Of a DNA stretch of 64,000 nucleotides, positions 28,050 through 41,960 are shown piece by piece (positions within the stretch are counted from its first letter, which is position 1; the number at the start of each line of letters is the position of its first letter). The stretch is taken from the sequence record PP596839.1; one strand, written 5' to 3'. A program made the position numbers and the translations under genes. Source of the DNA: Pseudomonas phage WP1. Below the pieces are notes generated by a model. That model did not search any database. It was not told the DNA's origin and was given only the letters and a program-made list of their open reading frames with translations.

Positions 28050-30896
28050 CTACATGGCCCATGGACAGCGCCAAGTTCCGGCAGGCCTTTGGCCGCTATT
28101 GTAGTTTGCGGCGCAGGACGAGTAGATGAGAATGGAACCGTCCACGGCCACTCCCGGTTGAACGGTCGCGGTTGGAGCGGCATTGTCCAGGACCGCAAAG
28201 ATGCCATGGAACCGACTCCGCCAAGTACCCACCTGAACCAGCGCCTGGTTGATGTAGTTATTGTAGTTCCCGGCGTGGATGACCGGATAGGCATTTGCCC
28301 CCAGGTTTCCGCCACCTACTTTGAGAACGTTGTCGGTATCCAAGCCGAAGTTGACGAAGATACTGCCGCCCCGCTCGAAAGTGACTGCTGCCGCTTGCCC
28401 CGAATGCGCCCCATTCTGCAGGTCGATGGCGCCAGCTCGACCTGACGAAGCTATGCCGCTACCAGTTCCAGGAATGCGGTTGAAGATCATGTTGCCGTTG
28501 GTAGCGTTCGCGGCGTTCAGGTCCACTTTCGTTGCCGGATCAGAAGTTCCCGGATCGCCAGGTCGGTTTGACCGTTCCAGGACGGCGCGGTCGGGTTGGC
28601 CGCCCAGAGATTCATTATGTTGCTGGAATCGGCGATTTCCCTGGAACTGTTGCCGAGCGATCCGCCGCCCCATTTCAGCTTGTTGTCGGTATCGATGCCG
28701 AAGAACGCGCCCCAGTTGCCAGGACGAATGAACGCGATGACGGCCGGTTTTGCAGGCGGACCGGTTGGCGCGTTGTAAACCGTCAGTAGGGGCCTGAGAA
28801 TAATCGGACAGCGATGCGATTGGAGCGAATGGCATGGTTCCGCTGAATATCGCAGTGCTGCTAGTTTCCTGGGTGCCGGCTTTGATGGTCAGCTGGTGTT
28901 CGGATTAAAGTTCCACGGCCCCCAGGAATCGTTTCCGCCCCAAGCAGGAGTGCCAGCCATGGAATTCACGGTGGAAACGAATGTTGGATTCGTCGGTAAT
29001 CATGTAGGCGTTATTGCCGAGCGACCAGCCGGCCCGCTTGAGCTGTCCATCCTTGTCCATCCCCAGGTACCATCCTGTCTGGGAGTTGTCGAAATAAAGC
29101 GCGGCAGGCTCGCCACCACCTTTCCCGAAGATTTGAAGAGCAGCGTTTCCGTATGAAGCCGTCGTGGAACTGGAGCCCCATGGTGTTCATGTGCCGGTGT
29201 TGCCGTTTGTATTCCGAATCCCGGTCGGGCCGGCGATTTGGTTCGTGGCATTCACAGTCAGCTTGGTGGAGGGATCAGAAGTTTCCAGGATCCCAGGAGT
29301 GTATTGACCGGCAAAGAGCGGACGATTGTTGAATATGACGTTCGTGGACGCCCAGTCCCATCGCATGATCTGTGAGCGATAGGAGCCGTCCGGATTGGTG
29401 GTATTGACTGCGATAACCGCGTTGTTGTTGGCGTCCACACCTTGTGCGAAAGTGAACTTCCAGCCGGGCTGATCGGCGGTGGTGTTCTGCCAGAGGGGAC
29501 CAGAGTTCGCGATGTACGCGAGGTTTTTCGCAGCATCCAGTCGCGGCTGGAGGAATGTAACATTCGACCTGCTGAACAGGATATCCTGGGTAGGACCAGC
29601 TGACCCCTGGCGAGAGTAGAACGCCATTGACCCATCAGCTTCAGGATAAAGCGATAGTCGAAGTCTTTGGCGCGGTTGTTGTTGAAGTGGAAATCGATGA
29701 AAGGCCGAGCGTCAGGCAGCTCCAGGTTGGCGAACCATCGGCGTAGTGTCTTGGATAGCGACGTTCGGCTTGTTGACGACGTCAGCCCAGTCCATTTCAG
29801 TCAGCTTTTGGGACGCGACGTAATCCTTCACCTGTTTCCAGCTGGGGGCCTGGTAATCTTGATCGGCGTTGCCAGCTTGGATGCGTGGCGCGCCTGCGAG
29901 GATTCTCCAGCGGTCGCCTGCTGCGTCGAATACAGGCTCAGCGATGAGTCCTTGGCCAGGTTCGCCGCCGGTGAGAGGGAAGTTGGCCGCGCCGACGATG
30001 GCTTTGGCGCCGAGTCCGGAGACGTTGATGGTGGAGGCGCCGGTGTTCATGGTGTTGAACTTGACCCGAAGAATCATGCCATCCACCAGGCCGCCTTGGA
30101 GCTGCGGAACTAGCGTCAACGTGTAAGCGTTCGCCGATCCGGCCGCGACTCCATGGTGACCCGACCTTGTTGAAGGGCCATTACGTTTACCGCATGGATC
30201 CAGTTGGTTGACGGCTCCGGCATCAAGCCCGCGCATGGCGACGTTCCCGACGCGATCAGTGTAGCGTTGGACGCAGAACGTATTGGCTCCGGACACCCAG
30301 GATTTCGCCTCCAACATGCCAGCAGCGGCACCAGCGGAAGCCGGATATACGGGGGCATTCTGAGAAGCGATAACCACTGAATCAGGCAAGAACTCCCACG
30401 TCCCATTTAACAGGTCGTTGAAGTTGCGGCCGGTCGTGATGACTTCTCCGCCAGGAAGATAGGCCTGGGCCTCCGGCCGGCATCGGGATGTTGGAGCGCA
30501 TCGCCGACCATGGCGGGTTGTTCTTCCCAGGTCGTGCTGCTGAGAGGGTCGCTCGCATTGGCATTCACCATGGAACGATAACGCCGCATTATGCCGTCAT
30601 TTCCGACGCGCATGACTTCTGCATTCTGTTCGTAGCCGCCAGGCATGGCCTGAAACCATCGGCGGCGCCATTTGTCGCTGCCACGCCTGTGCGTTCTGGG
30701 TCGCGATGAAGAAGAGTTGGTTTTGAATTTTCCGCTCGACCGCTTTGGCCTGCGGGTTGTTCGACGCCAGGCCGATTTCATGGTCCGGCGTGTAGCCGTC
30801 GCGAAGGTTGGCAGGGCCAGTGGAAGAGGTCTGCGGGATTGGGTCTTTGTCGCCCTGCGCAGCAAGCGGACTGGGTATCAGTTCGGGTGTGATCAT
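28050..30896 (-). CDS. tail fiber protein (about 950 aa), multiple frame breaks
   Basis: N-terminus MITPELIPSPLAAQGDKDPIPQTSS…, Gly/Asn/Thr-rich beta-repeat body, C-terminal LGANAYPVIHAGNYNNYINQALVQ. Confidence 0.6.
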
Positions 30897-30900
30897 GCCA

Positions 30901-31970
30901 TTACTCCTGAATGACTTTTACATCGCAGCCGGCGCAGGTCGGCATTATACCGACCGCCCGGTCATTCATTAGGTTGATCAGTTGCGGCGACAGGTTAAGC
31001 GCCGGACCAGCTCTGTATTCTAGCTTGAACGCCCCATTAGTGGGTAGGCCGATGTATGCAGGGCTGGACAGGTTGAATGTATCTTGAGTCCCATCCCCTA
31101 CTGCGAATCTGGCCGGCTCGGTCGCAGGCCCGCCTTTCCAGCTCCAGTCCAGTACGCTTCTACTCCGGTCGGAAGGGGCTGTGTGAACTTGACTGTTCCG
31201 GTCTGGGCGTTCTGCAAGGCATCGTCAGTGATGGTTACGGGCGCCCCGGTAGTCTCCAGTATCCAGTTGGAGTATCACCCAGTTCGATCTGAGCGCCCCA
31301 GGTAAGCACGTCAGTCGCCGCGCTGGAATTCGAATCAGTCCAGCCGAAGTTGGTTTCTGCCGGAGCGACGTAAGCAGCGCGGAACGAAGAGCTGACGGTC
31401 TTGGTCGTGAGAACGCAGCGCCACCATCCATTTTCCAGGCGAATCATTCGGGCGCTTACCACGCTGCTGTCCAGCATCTGATCGCTGATCATGTTCCCGG
31501 AATCCAGGTCGAAAACGGCATCGGCTCGACTGGGGAAATCGGCAGCCGACTGAATTGCAGTGAAACGGGTGGAGCCGGCTTTCGCGAAGAACGAGAACGT
31601 TACAGTGCTACCGGACCCCAGCGGCCCATTTATCGGCGCGGAGACGTAAGCAGTACTCCCGGCCGGCTTAGTAAGCTTGCACACCGTAGCGGAGCCGTCC
31701 GGGGCCGTAGCGGACGCCGTTTCGACCGTTACCGGAATACCGCTCGCGGCCGGATCGACTCCCGGCCAGTCGGCGTCGCTGGCAGGGGTCGATGTCTAGC
31801 AGGCTGGTTCGTTCTGGGCGAACTGGACAACAGGACCATGCCTTCCCAGTCTTTCCGATATATCGCCAGGTTCTCCACAGGCCATTCTCGCCGGTTGAGT
31901 CTATGAGATAGAAGTACAGGCCGGTCGCCTCGTCCCATGGCTCATCATCATTGAATATGTAACGAAGCAT
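30901..31970 (-). CDS. tail fiber-associated / adhesin-like structural protein, frame-disrupted
   Basis: Ser/Thr/Gly-rich beta-type sequence; stop 4 nt before tail fiber ATG. Confidence 0.4.
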
Positions 31971-31996
31971 GCGATTGACATGTGCCAGTTGAGCCG

Positions 31997-32313
31997 TTAG
32001 AAATCAGCGCTACATATCTTCAGCTGAAGCATTTTCCTGATTTCGTCCAGGTTGAGAATTTCGGCATTGCCGCCACCGTAGAAGTTGCCGCCAGGCGATG
32101 CGTCTGCCGGTGGCGGAACTTGTGTACCGCTATAGATGAAGTTCTGGCGTAGCCGACCGAATGCCCAGAACTGTTTTTTGGATAAAGGCCGAACCCTTTC
32201 GAAGGCGTGCCGAGGATGATGCACCAGGCCATGAGGCCGAACGGGTTGGCAGTTTTCAGTTGGAAAACGTCGCGCTCCCAGTTGGCCCAGGAATTGGCGG
32301 CTGAATCTGTCAT
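31997..32313 (-). CDS. hypothetical tail protein (about 105 aa), one frame break
   Basis: two overlapping minus-strand ORFs 31997-32224 and 32020-32313. Confidence 0.3.
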
Positions 32314-32389
32314 GCCATTGCGCCTTTCTCTGGATCAGGCCGGTGATTCCAGGGCGCCTGGTTATGGAGCCATTTCAGGGCTTGTTGGA

Positions 32390-33671
32390 TGTCCGAATTG
32401 TACGCAGGCAGGGTCATGCGAAAGTCACCCGAACGTTACCAGCGGAAATGGTAGCCTGGCCGAATGCGCTCATTACGTATTCCGAAGTGAAATCGCCCGG
32501 AGCCGGAGCCGGCGAGCCAGCCGCGATGCACGGCGACCTGGCAGGCGTTTGATGTAGATGCCGGGAATTTCGCGAGCGATGGCGCCGGCGACTTCGAATG
32601 CCGACAGGCTCGCGCCCACCACCAGCCCCTCTTCCCCTTCCATTTTCCCCTGGGCGTAATTGACCATCGCGTTCTGAATGGCTTCCGGAGCTACAGGAGG
32701 AACCTTGCTGGACTGTTACGTTAACATTGCCCATTGTACATGAATTGGAGTGGTCCATCTTCATCGACATCTTTCGACCGGACGCCGGATCGCGCACGGT
32801 GAACGCCATTCGGACCGTCCATCGGGACGCCGTTGTTCGTCGCACCATGGTCCCATGGAGTTCCGCCGTTATGGGCGGCCCACAGCGCATCGGCGACTGC
32901 TTGTTTATCCGGGTTTCCGGCGACGCAGGCCCAGGCAGCATGCGGAAGGGTAAACGAGACTCCATTCACCACTTGAACGGCGCCGGTGTTGTTCTCGATT
33001 ACGTTCACCGACGTGACGTTTGGAACGGCGCTCAGAACCTCGCCTTGATGGCCATGGTCCAGTTGCGGCCTTGGATGGCCAGTCGATTAACGCGGGCATT
33101 CTTCAGCTCTGCATTGCTCATTTGGCGGCTGCCCGGATCGACGCGAGTGGAGGCGATGACTTTTGCTCCGGACCATCCAGTTGTTCCGTCGATGATGATG
33201 AGATTCCCGACCGGCAGGCGAATGTTGCCATGCCCTGCGATTTGATATCGATGGTCGCGACACCACCAGGAGGGATCGTGACATCGCTGATCACTGTGAA
33301 GATCGCGCCGGCCGGAGTCTGGACCCTAGACCCGGTGGAAATGCGGGTTTGGCTGCGGCCGGTGACTTGAACTCCATGGCCGAAGGTTGACAGGTCAGGA
33401 CCGTGCTCGATCCCCATCAGGCGCAGGTCGCGTCCAGGAACGTTCCGAATGAAACGTTCGGGTTTATGGTATTGGCAGTTCGCGCTTCATTCCGCATTAC
33501 ATTGGAACGGGCGATGGCCTCGGCCGCGACAGGCGATCCCTGCGGAGTGCTCGCGGCCAGGTTGATATTGGCACCGAGGGCGGCGCGGAACTCGGCCTCA
33601 GCGTCGCTCAGAACGTCGGCGGTATCTGCGACTATCACGCCAGTATCGACGATGTAGTCATGACTAGCCAT
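32390..33671 (-). CDS. baseplate J-like (gpJ/gp47 family) protein, possibly two ORFs, frame-disrupted
   Basis: N-terminus MASHDYIVDTGVIVADTADVLSDAEAEFRAALGANINLAASTPQGSP… typical of baseplate wedge J proteins. Confidence 0.4.
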
Positions 33672-33762
33672 TACAGCCCCTCCCCCCGCTGTTAAATCAG
33701 GAAAAATCAGAAATTAGCCATTAAATTCTCCTTAAGCAGTCATGGCGCCTTTCGTCCTGGCA

Positions 33763-34402
33763 TCAGGCGGGTTGTTTTCGAGGTGGCCGTGGTTGTTCAC
33801 TGTTGACGCCGTTTACAACCAGGGTGTTGGCGATAGTCAGAGCTTCCAGTGAAATTCGCCTGCGGAGTATCTACTGTGACATTCGACGGCGCAGTGATCT
33901 TGATGTTGTCGCCGCGAATGGAAATCCGGGTCGCTCCATTAGTCGATTGGATGACCATCGCGGCCGAGTCTTCAGGAATCGATGGTGTATCGGCGGAATA
34001 CATCCGGGATGAACATTCCATGGTCCAGTTTGTGGATGCGGCCGGTGTTCGGCTTCGACATCGATAGCGACTCTAAGAACTGGGAAGTGTCGCGGTCGGC
34101 CGCGTAAATCCAGCCGATATCCCCCTGCTGGATCGGGAAACTTATGTGGAAGCCGCCAGCGCCCATGGAAATCATCCGGAATGTCAGCCAGCCGATGTCG
34201 CTGGACGGCATTGTGTTCAGTACTTAGCCCAGGTGATGAGAGGTTGGATTGTGGCTATATTTTCGGCCCGATCATGTTGAACAGCCTGGGCGGGAATCAT
34301 TACTTCAGAGTCGAGCGCGTCCCGCCGCGACCGAGCGTCAGGAGCGGCGATCAGTCGCGTTCTGTCGGTAGATTTTGCTGATGTTAAAGGAATATTGGAC
34401 AT
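33763..34402 (-). CDS. baseplate spike/hub protein, gpV-like
   Basis: OB-fold-like GAGGFHISFPIQQGDIGWIYAADRD and C-terminal ITAPSNVTVDTPQANFTG beta-repeat. Confidence 0.45.
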
Positions 34403-34535
34403 GGGAAAGCCTCTGATTTGGCCGGTCTAGTATAGCCTTCCCAGGCTCGCTTAGGAATTATCCCTTTTTGATTCTGTTCTGTGATGCTTCGGACGCTAGA
34501 GCCTCATTCACGGCTCTTCGCCGTCATTATGTCAG

Positions 34536-34990
34536 TCATTTAAAGGCATCTTGAGTCGAATAATACTCTTCCAGCTCGCGCATGAAGCTGACCCATTCGC
34601 CACCAGGCTTGCGACCAGAGAAGGTGAATGGGCTGTCTTCACAGCTTTTGATATCTTCGACAGGTCTGGCTGGAATTTTGACCCCGTCCAGTCTTTGAGG
34701 AAGCCAGAAATTCCAGTCTATGACCAGTTCAGGCAGAAGTGTAGGCACTTGTACGGGGGCTATTACGTTCGCCCGGTCAGTGACATGAAGATTTATGTTC
34801 GCAGCGGTCAGGGAAGCCAGGCGCCTTCCGGTTGTTCCTCTGTATGGGCCAGGACGTCGGTCCCTTTGAGCAGTTCTTCCGGCGGAACATCATGAATTCC
34901 AGGCATCACCCTGAGTCCATCGACCGCAGGTAACTGCCGCGAGTTGTAGTGCACGGCGAACATGTTGAACGATTTGATTTCCCTGGCCAT
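34536..34990 (-). CDS. hypothetical baseplate/tail protein
   Basis: ORFs 34808-34990 and 34536-34748 joined by frame shift. Confidence 0.3.
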
Positions 34991-35856
34991 TACGCTGCTG
35001 GGCTCCCCATTACTTTGATATAGAAAGGCCGATCCCGACTGGCCAGATCATGGCTCTAGAGCGGTGATTACATGGTTGCCGTTGACGCTTGGATTCATTA
35101 GAGATTCGACCGCGACATCGCCAGCCACGGCGAATCGACGGTTCAGCAGGCATTTGAATTTCATGGCCCATTCCGACCATTAAGGGATTCCGACGAATGA
35201 GCTAATGTTGGCGACTTCATCCGGACGAATGACTTTGTCCCGATCCTTCACGACCAGAATGTCATCATCGACGAACGCGGCCATAGTCCGGCATGGACAC
35301 TGCCTGAATTGACGCCAGGATTGCCGACGCGACAGTGATCGAACGGCCCGGATTCTTCAGCAACTTGATCATTGTAGCTGGTATCGCAGGTGAAGTTCAG
35401 CCCCATTTCATTTGCGCCCCATTCGACGAACTTCAGGGCGTCGTGTTGGCTGGCGGCATGTTTCGAATTGTCTTCGTCCTATCGATTTGCCTTGTGTAGC
35501 ATCGGATGCGAATTCCAGTATCCGGTGGCGGCGAAATGATATCAGCAATGGCTATTTCGCCGACAGGTACTCTGGAAACTTGTTCTCGGCCCTGATCGGA
35601 ATAGCCGGCCTCAGCCGATACTCTGATCATCAGTTCGTCTTCCATGGCGACTTGACGCTGCCGGTGCTTCCACGCTGTGAACTGCGACAGGAGAGACTCG
35701 CGCAGTTGCGTCGTGAGTCCAGAGATTTCCAGGGTAGCTCGGTTTTGAATTCGCAGTGCAGCCCTTCATGATCCGGACCCGAACATCCAGGTCTTCATGA
35801 ATGATTTCGGGTCCGATGGCACTGTCGAATGTGACTCGCAAGATTCCTCTTTTTCA

Positions 35857-38427
35857 TCAGTAGAGTATCTTAGTTGCGGAATCGTTTTGGGCATCTTGGA
35901 TTGCCGTAGTCAGCTGGTCTGCAGTCTGCTTGCTGAATATCTCGCGAGCCTCTTCCGGAGAATTCGCGCCGGTAACGTTGACCAGCATGTCGATTCGACC
36001 GATGGTCAGCTCCTGGCCGCGCTCTGGAGCGCTCTTCAGGAGTTGCTCGCCGTACGTCCTGAGAATATCCATTTCTCGCGATGCGGCGTTCACCTTGGCA
36101 GTGGCTTCGGCGAGCTTGGCTGGAGACAGGAATACGTTGTTGGCTTCGGTCGCGGCGGCCTTGATCTCCTGCTGCTTGCCCAGGACGGCTTGGTTGTATC
36201 CGAATAGCAGGTCAGAACGGCTGATTTCGCGGCGCATTATCTGGTTGGGGTTAACGCCGATCATTTGCGCGATGGCTCCGGCAGTGAGTTGGGCCTGGAT
36301 GTTCTGCTTGGTCTCGCCGCGAACCTGATTCGGGAACTTCCGGAATCCAGGGGTCCGCCCGGTCGGCCTCTTGACGCCTAGACATCTTGAGGATTTCGCC
36401 GTCGCTGCGGTCTGGCATGCGGTCGATGATGCGAATTTCCGGTCGCACAGCCCTGTTGTCATCGTCCACGGGCTTCGCGGCGCTCATCTTCCTTCTTGCC
36501 CTGGTCTGGGGTTTCCAGTCGCCCGCCATCATGGGACGAATGTCCATGTCGCCGCCTTCCGGGGCGAACGTCTCGTTGGCGACGGTCATTGCCGCAGCCT
36601 TCTGCTTGCGCTGAGCCTCTTCCATCAGCTCGATTGGAGCGCTCATTACCAGGCCCGGATATGCGCGAGTCCTTGGGCCCCAGTTCTTCGGATCGAGTCC
36701 GCCATTATAGTATGTCAGGGCCAGCCGCATGGCGCCATTTGCTCGATCTAGGTTTTCACGCAGTAGGCGCGTTCCGCCGAGGATGTTCTGGCGAGGGTCA
36801 TGTACGCCAGTGATACCATTGCGCCTTGGCGATTTCCGGCATCAGTCGGATCAGGCCTTTCGCTCCGGCTTCGCTGGTGGCCCTGGCGTTGAATCGGCTT
36901 TCGGTGTATATGAGTTTCTTGATGTCCAGCGAGGAATGTTGTACATCTTCGAAGCATCTTTGATGATATCGTTGATGTACGATGGAACGGTGACCGGCTC
37001 TGCCTTGCGCTGCGGCGAGAAATATGCGATTGCGAAGAGACTGGGCGCCGATTGGCTCGCCGAAGACTTGTCCGGCCGCGCCATCTTTCGACTGATCATG
37101 GATCGCGTGCGGATAGACGCCGGTGGCCCGCGAAGTCGGCGCGGTGCTTCCCATGGCCGACCGCCCGACCAGTTTCCCCCGCCCAGGCCTGCCCAGGCTT
37201 GGCGCTCGTCAACGGCATTCGCGAACGACGATACCGCGCCATCGAACATGTTGATCGCCACCGCAGGAATCATTGGTAGACTTCGTGGTCTGGTCAGCCA
37301 GCTTCTCTAGCTCTTTCATGGACTTAGTAGCCTTGTCCTGGTCTTCTTGTTTCTTGGCCAGGTCTTCGCTGGTTTGAGCGCCGGGAACCTTGTCCTTGTC
37401 GATGAGCCCTGATTCTTCCATGGCGCGACGAGTCCCCCACGGCTGCCAGGCGACTGAGCAGGGCGCCGGGGCTGAGGAGGGATAGGATATCATCGCCAGC
37501 GGTCGCCTTCCCGAGCACTCCATCTTCCCAGCGGGATTTGGTGTCCTTCGCGAAGCTTTCCACTTCATTGGGAATAGCCTGGACTATCTTGTCGATGATT
37601 TCGATCAGCTTGGTGAACGCAGGCGCGAGCTTTTCGCCGACTCGGTTTTCCAGGGTAGTGAACGTCTGGTTGAGATTCGCCAGGGCATCGTTGAATTTCT
37701 GGATGTTGGACTCGCCCTGGACCCTGGACTGGAGTTCCGCAGTCGTCATCTCAGCGACTTTTCCCATGGCCGGGCCGATCTTCGCCAGGGCGTCAGGTAA
37801 TCTCGCGAGACGCCAGTGGCATCAGCGTAGGCAGGAAATTTCGTCCGGCTTCAGCTTGGCCATTTTCGTGGCCAGGTCCGGTGATGATGTCGTTGAGCGG
37901 CCGCATGCCCTTTTGGAAGCTCCCGACATCGACGCCGGCCATGGCAGGAATTCGCGCTTCCGGGCCGACTCGCCCGATATCGCGATAAGCACGCCGGAAA
38001 GTGTCTGCCAGGTTTTTTGGTCATCTCCGCGCCCTGCTCGCGGCTGATGGTTCCACCGGACTGGCGAACGAATTTTCTCTGGTACTCTTCCAGGCGTGCC
38101 GGGGCGATGCCGATGTCCATCGCCTGGATGCGCTGCTGATTGTACTGGTCCCTGGTGTTCATTAACGCCTTGACGCCGGCCGCGACCAGGGCCACGCCAG
38201 TGGCGCCTGATCGCCAGTTGCGCGTTCATTCCGCGAATTGCGCTCGTCAGAGATCAGTCTGCGGAACGACTCTGCCGAGTTCGGTGGCCGCGCCGTCTGC
38301 GAAGTGGCGCAGGTCCTGAAGGCCATCTGTCGATGCGCTGTTCACGGCGCCTGATCTGGTTCTGGAGGCGCTCCAGGTTGCGCTCGGCTCTGGCAGTATC
38401 AGCCTCATGGCCGAAGTATGAATTCAT
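35857..38427 (-). CDS. tape measure protein with lytic transglycosylase (SLT) domain
   Basis: long helical A/Q/E-rich region; SLT motifs ESRFNARATSEAGAKGLIRLMPEIA and ALTYYNGG; frame broken repeatedly. Confidence 0.55.
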
Positions 38428-38447
38428 CCAGGTTCATTAGACATTAA

Positions 38448-38877
38448 TCACTCCGGCTTGTTGGCGAGTCCTTCGGCGATCTTCATTGCTGGACCAGTGA
38501 GCTTGGACGCCTCGGCCAGGAATGCGATGGCCATCTGCGATCCGACTTGTTCCCAGTAGTCCGGCCGGTCGGCGTGCGTGGCCGGGTCGATGCCATTGTG
38601 CTTGAGAACAGGTCGAAAACCAGTTCCATGCGTTCTTCCAGTGGCCGAGGTGGTTGTTGATGACTGCCGCGGTGGTCAGCGGAATGCCGGCGTCATTGTC
38701 GCCAGCAGGATCTTTCGCATGGCCCAGGATTTCCATGGTGAAAGAGCGGCGGAAGTCTGAATCTTGGCTGACAGCGAATTCGACGAAACGGCGCTGGAGG
38801 TCCCAGCCATCCAGTGCCGACCATGCCTCGATTTGTACGCGAGTTTGACGGCCATCGGGAAGATTGATTTCAGGCAA
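38448..38877 (-). CDS. tail assembly chaperone-like protein
   Basis: position immediately upstream of tape measure; about 143 aa across 3 frames. Confidence 0.35.
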
Positions 38878-39075
38878 TTACACATCCCTTAGGTAGCTGG
38901 TCACGCGATTATATAGCGATTTTGCGGCCGAAGATATCGAATCGCCGATGGCGCCCAGAACCCAGGAAATCAGCATCAGGAAGAGATTGAATCTGTACCC
39001 CATGGTCGGACTATCTTGAGGGAACGCAGGATCGAATTCATTCAGTACTGGAGGCTCAGCCTGCTCGAATTCCAT
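38878..39075 (-). CDS. small hydrophobic protein (65 aa)
   Basis: clean ORF abutting chaperone start. Confidence 0.3.
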   Translation of the reverse strand: MEFEQAEPPVLNEFDPAFPQDSPTMGYRFNLFLMLISWVLGAIGDSISSAAKSLYNRVTSYLRDV

Positions 39076-39434
39076 GGTCGATCTCAGCCGCGTTCAGCAT
39101 TGCTGGAGACTGATCTACATCGAGCGCCATTATGGCCATTTGATCGGCCAGTATCGACTTAGAAGTGATAGCGAAAGTCGAGGTGTTATCATTGAAAGCG
39201 TTCATTATACTTTCAGCGGTGGACAGGTCCGGACAGGTAGCATTGATGCGGAGTCGCACCGGTTGGATGATCTTTCCATTCTTCAGGACCAATGTCCAGG
39301 AGCTTCGGTGTACATTTGAGCTTCCGTCTGGTCTTTCGTCGCCAGGCGTTTCGACATCTACGGAAGCCGGCGAGTAAATTTCCACTTTCTTGACTTGAAG
39401 ACTCTTCCAGGACAGTGAAGTTTGGTAACATCAT
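39056..39434 (-). CDS. hypothetical tail protein
   Basis: MLPNFTVLEESSSQ… then VKKVEIYSPASVDVETPG… after frame shift. Confidence 0.3.
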
Positions 39435-39559
39435 TGCGTATGGTGAGAGTAGGCGTGTTGAGAATAGACTTGAGGAAAGAGTTCAGTTGGGCACCTCAGG
39501 GCAGGCCTGCGGCGTTCTGGACGCCGTTTACTGCGTAGTCGAACAGGTCGCCGGCCGAG

Positions 39560-40536
39560 CCAGCCATTGTCTTCAGTGAGGGCCAGCCCCTCGGTCGATC
39601 ATGGAAGAGTCCCCTGCATTTCTGAACATTATAGGCTTGGGATTCTGGACGAGAACTTGGGAGAATGTCAGCCGCGCAGGAGTCGCCGATATCATGTCCG
39701 GAGTCTGATTGAGCGCTTCGCTGGTAACAGAGTCATCCGTTCGAATACCATGCCGCGAGTGATGACTTTGTACAGTGTGTCGCGATCCAGGAGCAGTTGA
39801 TTGATCTGATCGACGACATCAGTTGAAGGGCAGGTACTTCGACGATGATTTCCATGGGGTGGATCGTTCTGGAATCCATCTGGTCGTACCATCTTCCAGG
39901 ATCTGGCGTTGCCCTACAGGAAGAAAACCGGGTGTTGACCCGGCTTATCCTCAGGTCCGTAGCAGCTCAGCTGGTTTGTGTTTTGGTCCACAGTCGAAAA
40001 AGATCGCGAACTTAGGAGGCTGGTGAAAATCCCCAGCATCAGGTCATCTCCAGCACCGATTGGATAACGTTAGAAATGGCTTGACGCGCAGTTGGGTGCC
40101 AGGATAGCTACCGAAAACAGAAGTGTACGTGTTGCCTTTGCGTCGTCCGGTGTTCTGTATGGTGTCGATGGCCGGACCCTTGATGATAGTCCCATTGGAC
40201 AGGACGGTGCGGCCGCCATCAGGAAGAGTGGCCATGAGAGTCGTCATGTCCGGGATGCTGCCCGGAAGAAATCTGAATGATCCCTTTTTGGAATTGAGAA
40301 GGATGCGAAGGTTAATATCATCCTCGCTCCCTGCGATGACGGATACAGGTACTTCCAGGAGCAGCCTTGTCAGAGGCGAATAGGCCGCCGTCATGAGCAT
40401 CCATGGCCGAACGGCTCAGGCTCTTTTGAGGATATCGGACTCTCATCATCAGCAAGCTTCGACAGGAAAACCCCATCGGGAACGACGAGGTTGAAACTAT
40501 CACAGTTCCAGTGCCGAAGCCGCTGACGTTGATCAT
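39560..40536 (-). CDS. tail structural protein(s), heavily frame-disrupted
   Basis: MINVSGFGTGTVIVSTSSFPMG… and MLMTAAYSPLTRLLLEVPVSVIAGSEDDINLRILL… segments. Confidence 0.3.
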
Positions 40537-40544
40537 GTGTCGAG

Positions 40545-40975
40545 TCCTTACTTGCTGGTGGTTTTGCGAACCGTGGGCTTGGTAGTGGCGGAAGCCTCTT
40601 TAGCGGCCGTAGAGGCCTCTGCCTCGGTCTTTTCTTCCTTGGCAGTAGTCGGGGGCGTCTCGGCCCCTTTCTCGTCGCCTTGGCCCGCTGCAGGGCTTCC
40701 TGGGCGCTTTCCGGGGTCGATCCGGCCGCAGGGTTGCCGGTCGATTCCGGAGCGGGGTTGGAAGCCCCGTTGTCGACATTCGGATCGACGTTTACCGGGG
40801 GAACGGGAATACCGGCCGACGAAGAGTCGCCCTTGCCAGTGTTCTTTTCGCGGTCCAGCCCTTCCAGGTCTTCGACCGACGGGTTGAAAGAAGGAAGCGG
40901 GTCCAGGAGCGGCGGGTTTCTGCCGTCCAGGAACAGTTGGGTGCCGTTGGCGTATTGGATGCGAATGGTACTCAT
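40545..40975 (-). CDS. hypothetical Pro/Ala/Thr-rich tail protein
   Basis: MSTIRIQYANGTQLFLDGRNPPLLDPLPSF…, one frame break. Confidence 0.4.
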
Positions 40976-40976
40976 T

Positions 40977-41334
40977 TCAGACTCCTGCAGTTACAGGTCC
41001 GTGGATAGTGATGACTTTCGCATCGACGCCGAAGACTTCACCGGTGATGTCGATGTCAGGTTGCTCGATGCCGGTCATGTCCGGCGATGACAGTAATCGC
41101 ATCAGCGATGGATTTTCGAGCGTCATCATGGGCCTCTTCTGCGGCGAGAAGATGTATTCAGCAGTATCCCACGGCCGGCGTTCACGGTCCAAAATGTTTT
41201 CGCCGGTGCGCATGAGCATTGCCGCCCGAACGTCCTGGGCAGGCGGCTTTTACATCCCTGAGAATGACCATGTTTCCATTGTCGTCCAGAAGGATATCAT
41301 TGTTCGCCCCGGTTCTGATCGTTGATGTGCTCAT
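40977..41334 (-). CDS. hypothetical tail protein
   Basis: MSTSTIRTGANNDILLDDNGNMVILRDVKAA… then …GIEQPDIDITGEVFGVDAKVITIHGPVTAGV*. Confidence 0.35.
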
Positions 41335-41563
41335 TCTTTCCTCGTGGCCAGCGCTTGATATTCTGCGAACTCGACACCGTCCAGGTAAACAGGTTTATGC
41401 CGTCGCCGAACAGCGTCCAGTCGGCGTCATGATCGAAAACGAAATTGCCATGGTCGGGTCGATACTGGTGACTATACTGGAGAAGCGGAATTCCGCCGAA
41501 GCAGTGGACCCGATGGCAGGCTGATTATACCGTCGCGGCTGATATCGGCATTCATCATGTCCA
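41331..41563 (-). CDS. hypothetical protein
   Basis: ATGA overlaps on both sides; unresolved internal frame. Confidence 0.25.
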
Positions 41564-41960
41564 GGTCTGGTACAGGCGAATTTTCCAGTAGCTGCTGCCG
41601 GCGTTAAATGAGATCGCCTGATTCGGGACTGCTGTCAGCGGAATCTTCTTCATCAGCTGAGTACCGGCTTTGACCATTTTCTCGAAACGGAATCGATACG
41701 GCTTCGTCTTCAGGCGGCTAGCGCTCGCCACCGCATTGATCAGAACGCTGTCGATGGGAGTGCCGTTGGTACAGGTGATTTTGCTGCCGTCTGGCATCGC
41801 CATCGACCAGGCCGATGACATCGCGAGCACCCGACTTGTCTTTTCCGGTGCGGTTGGCATCCAGGAGGACGGCCAGGTTGCGCTTACCCTCGGTGTTCGG
41901 GATGACGTTGACGACGACTTCCAGGATGTTGGCCCGGTTCCAGGCTGACCATGTCGCCAT
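41555..41960 (-). CDS. tail tube-like protein (about 135 aa), one frame break
   Basis: size and position immediately downstream of sheath gene. Confidence 0.4.
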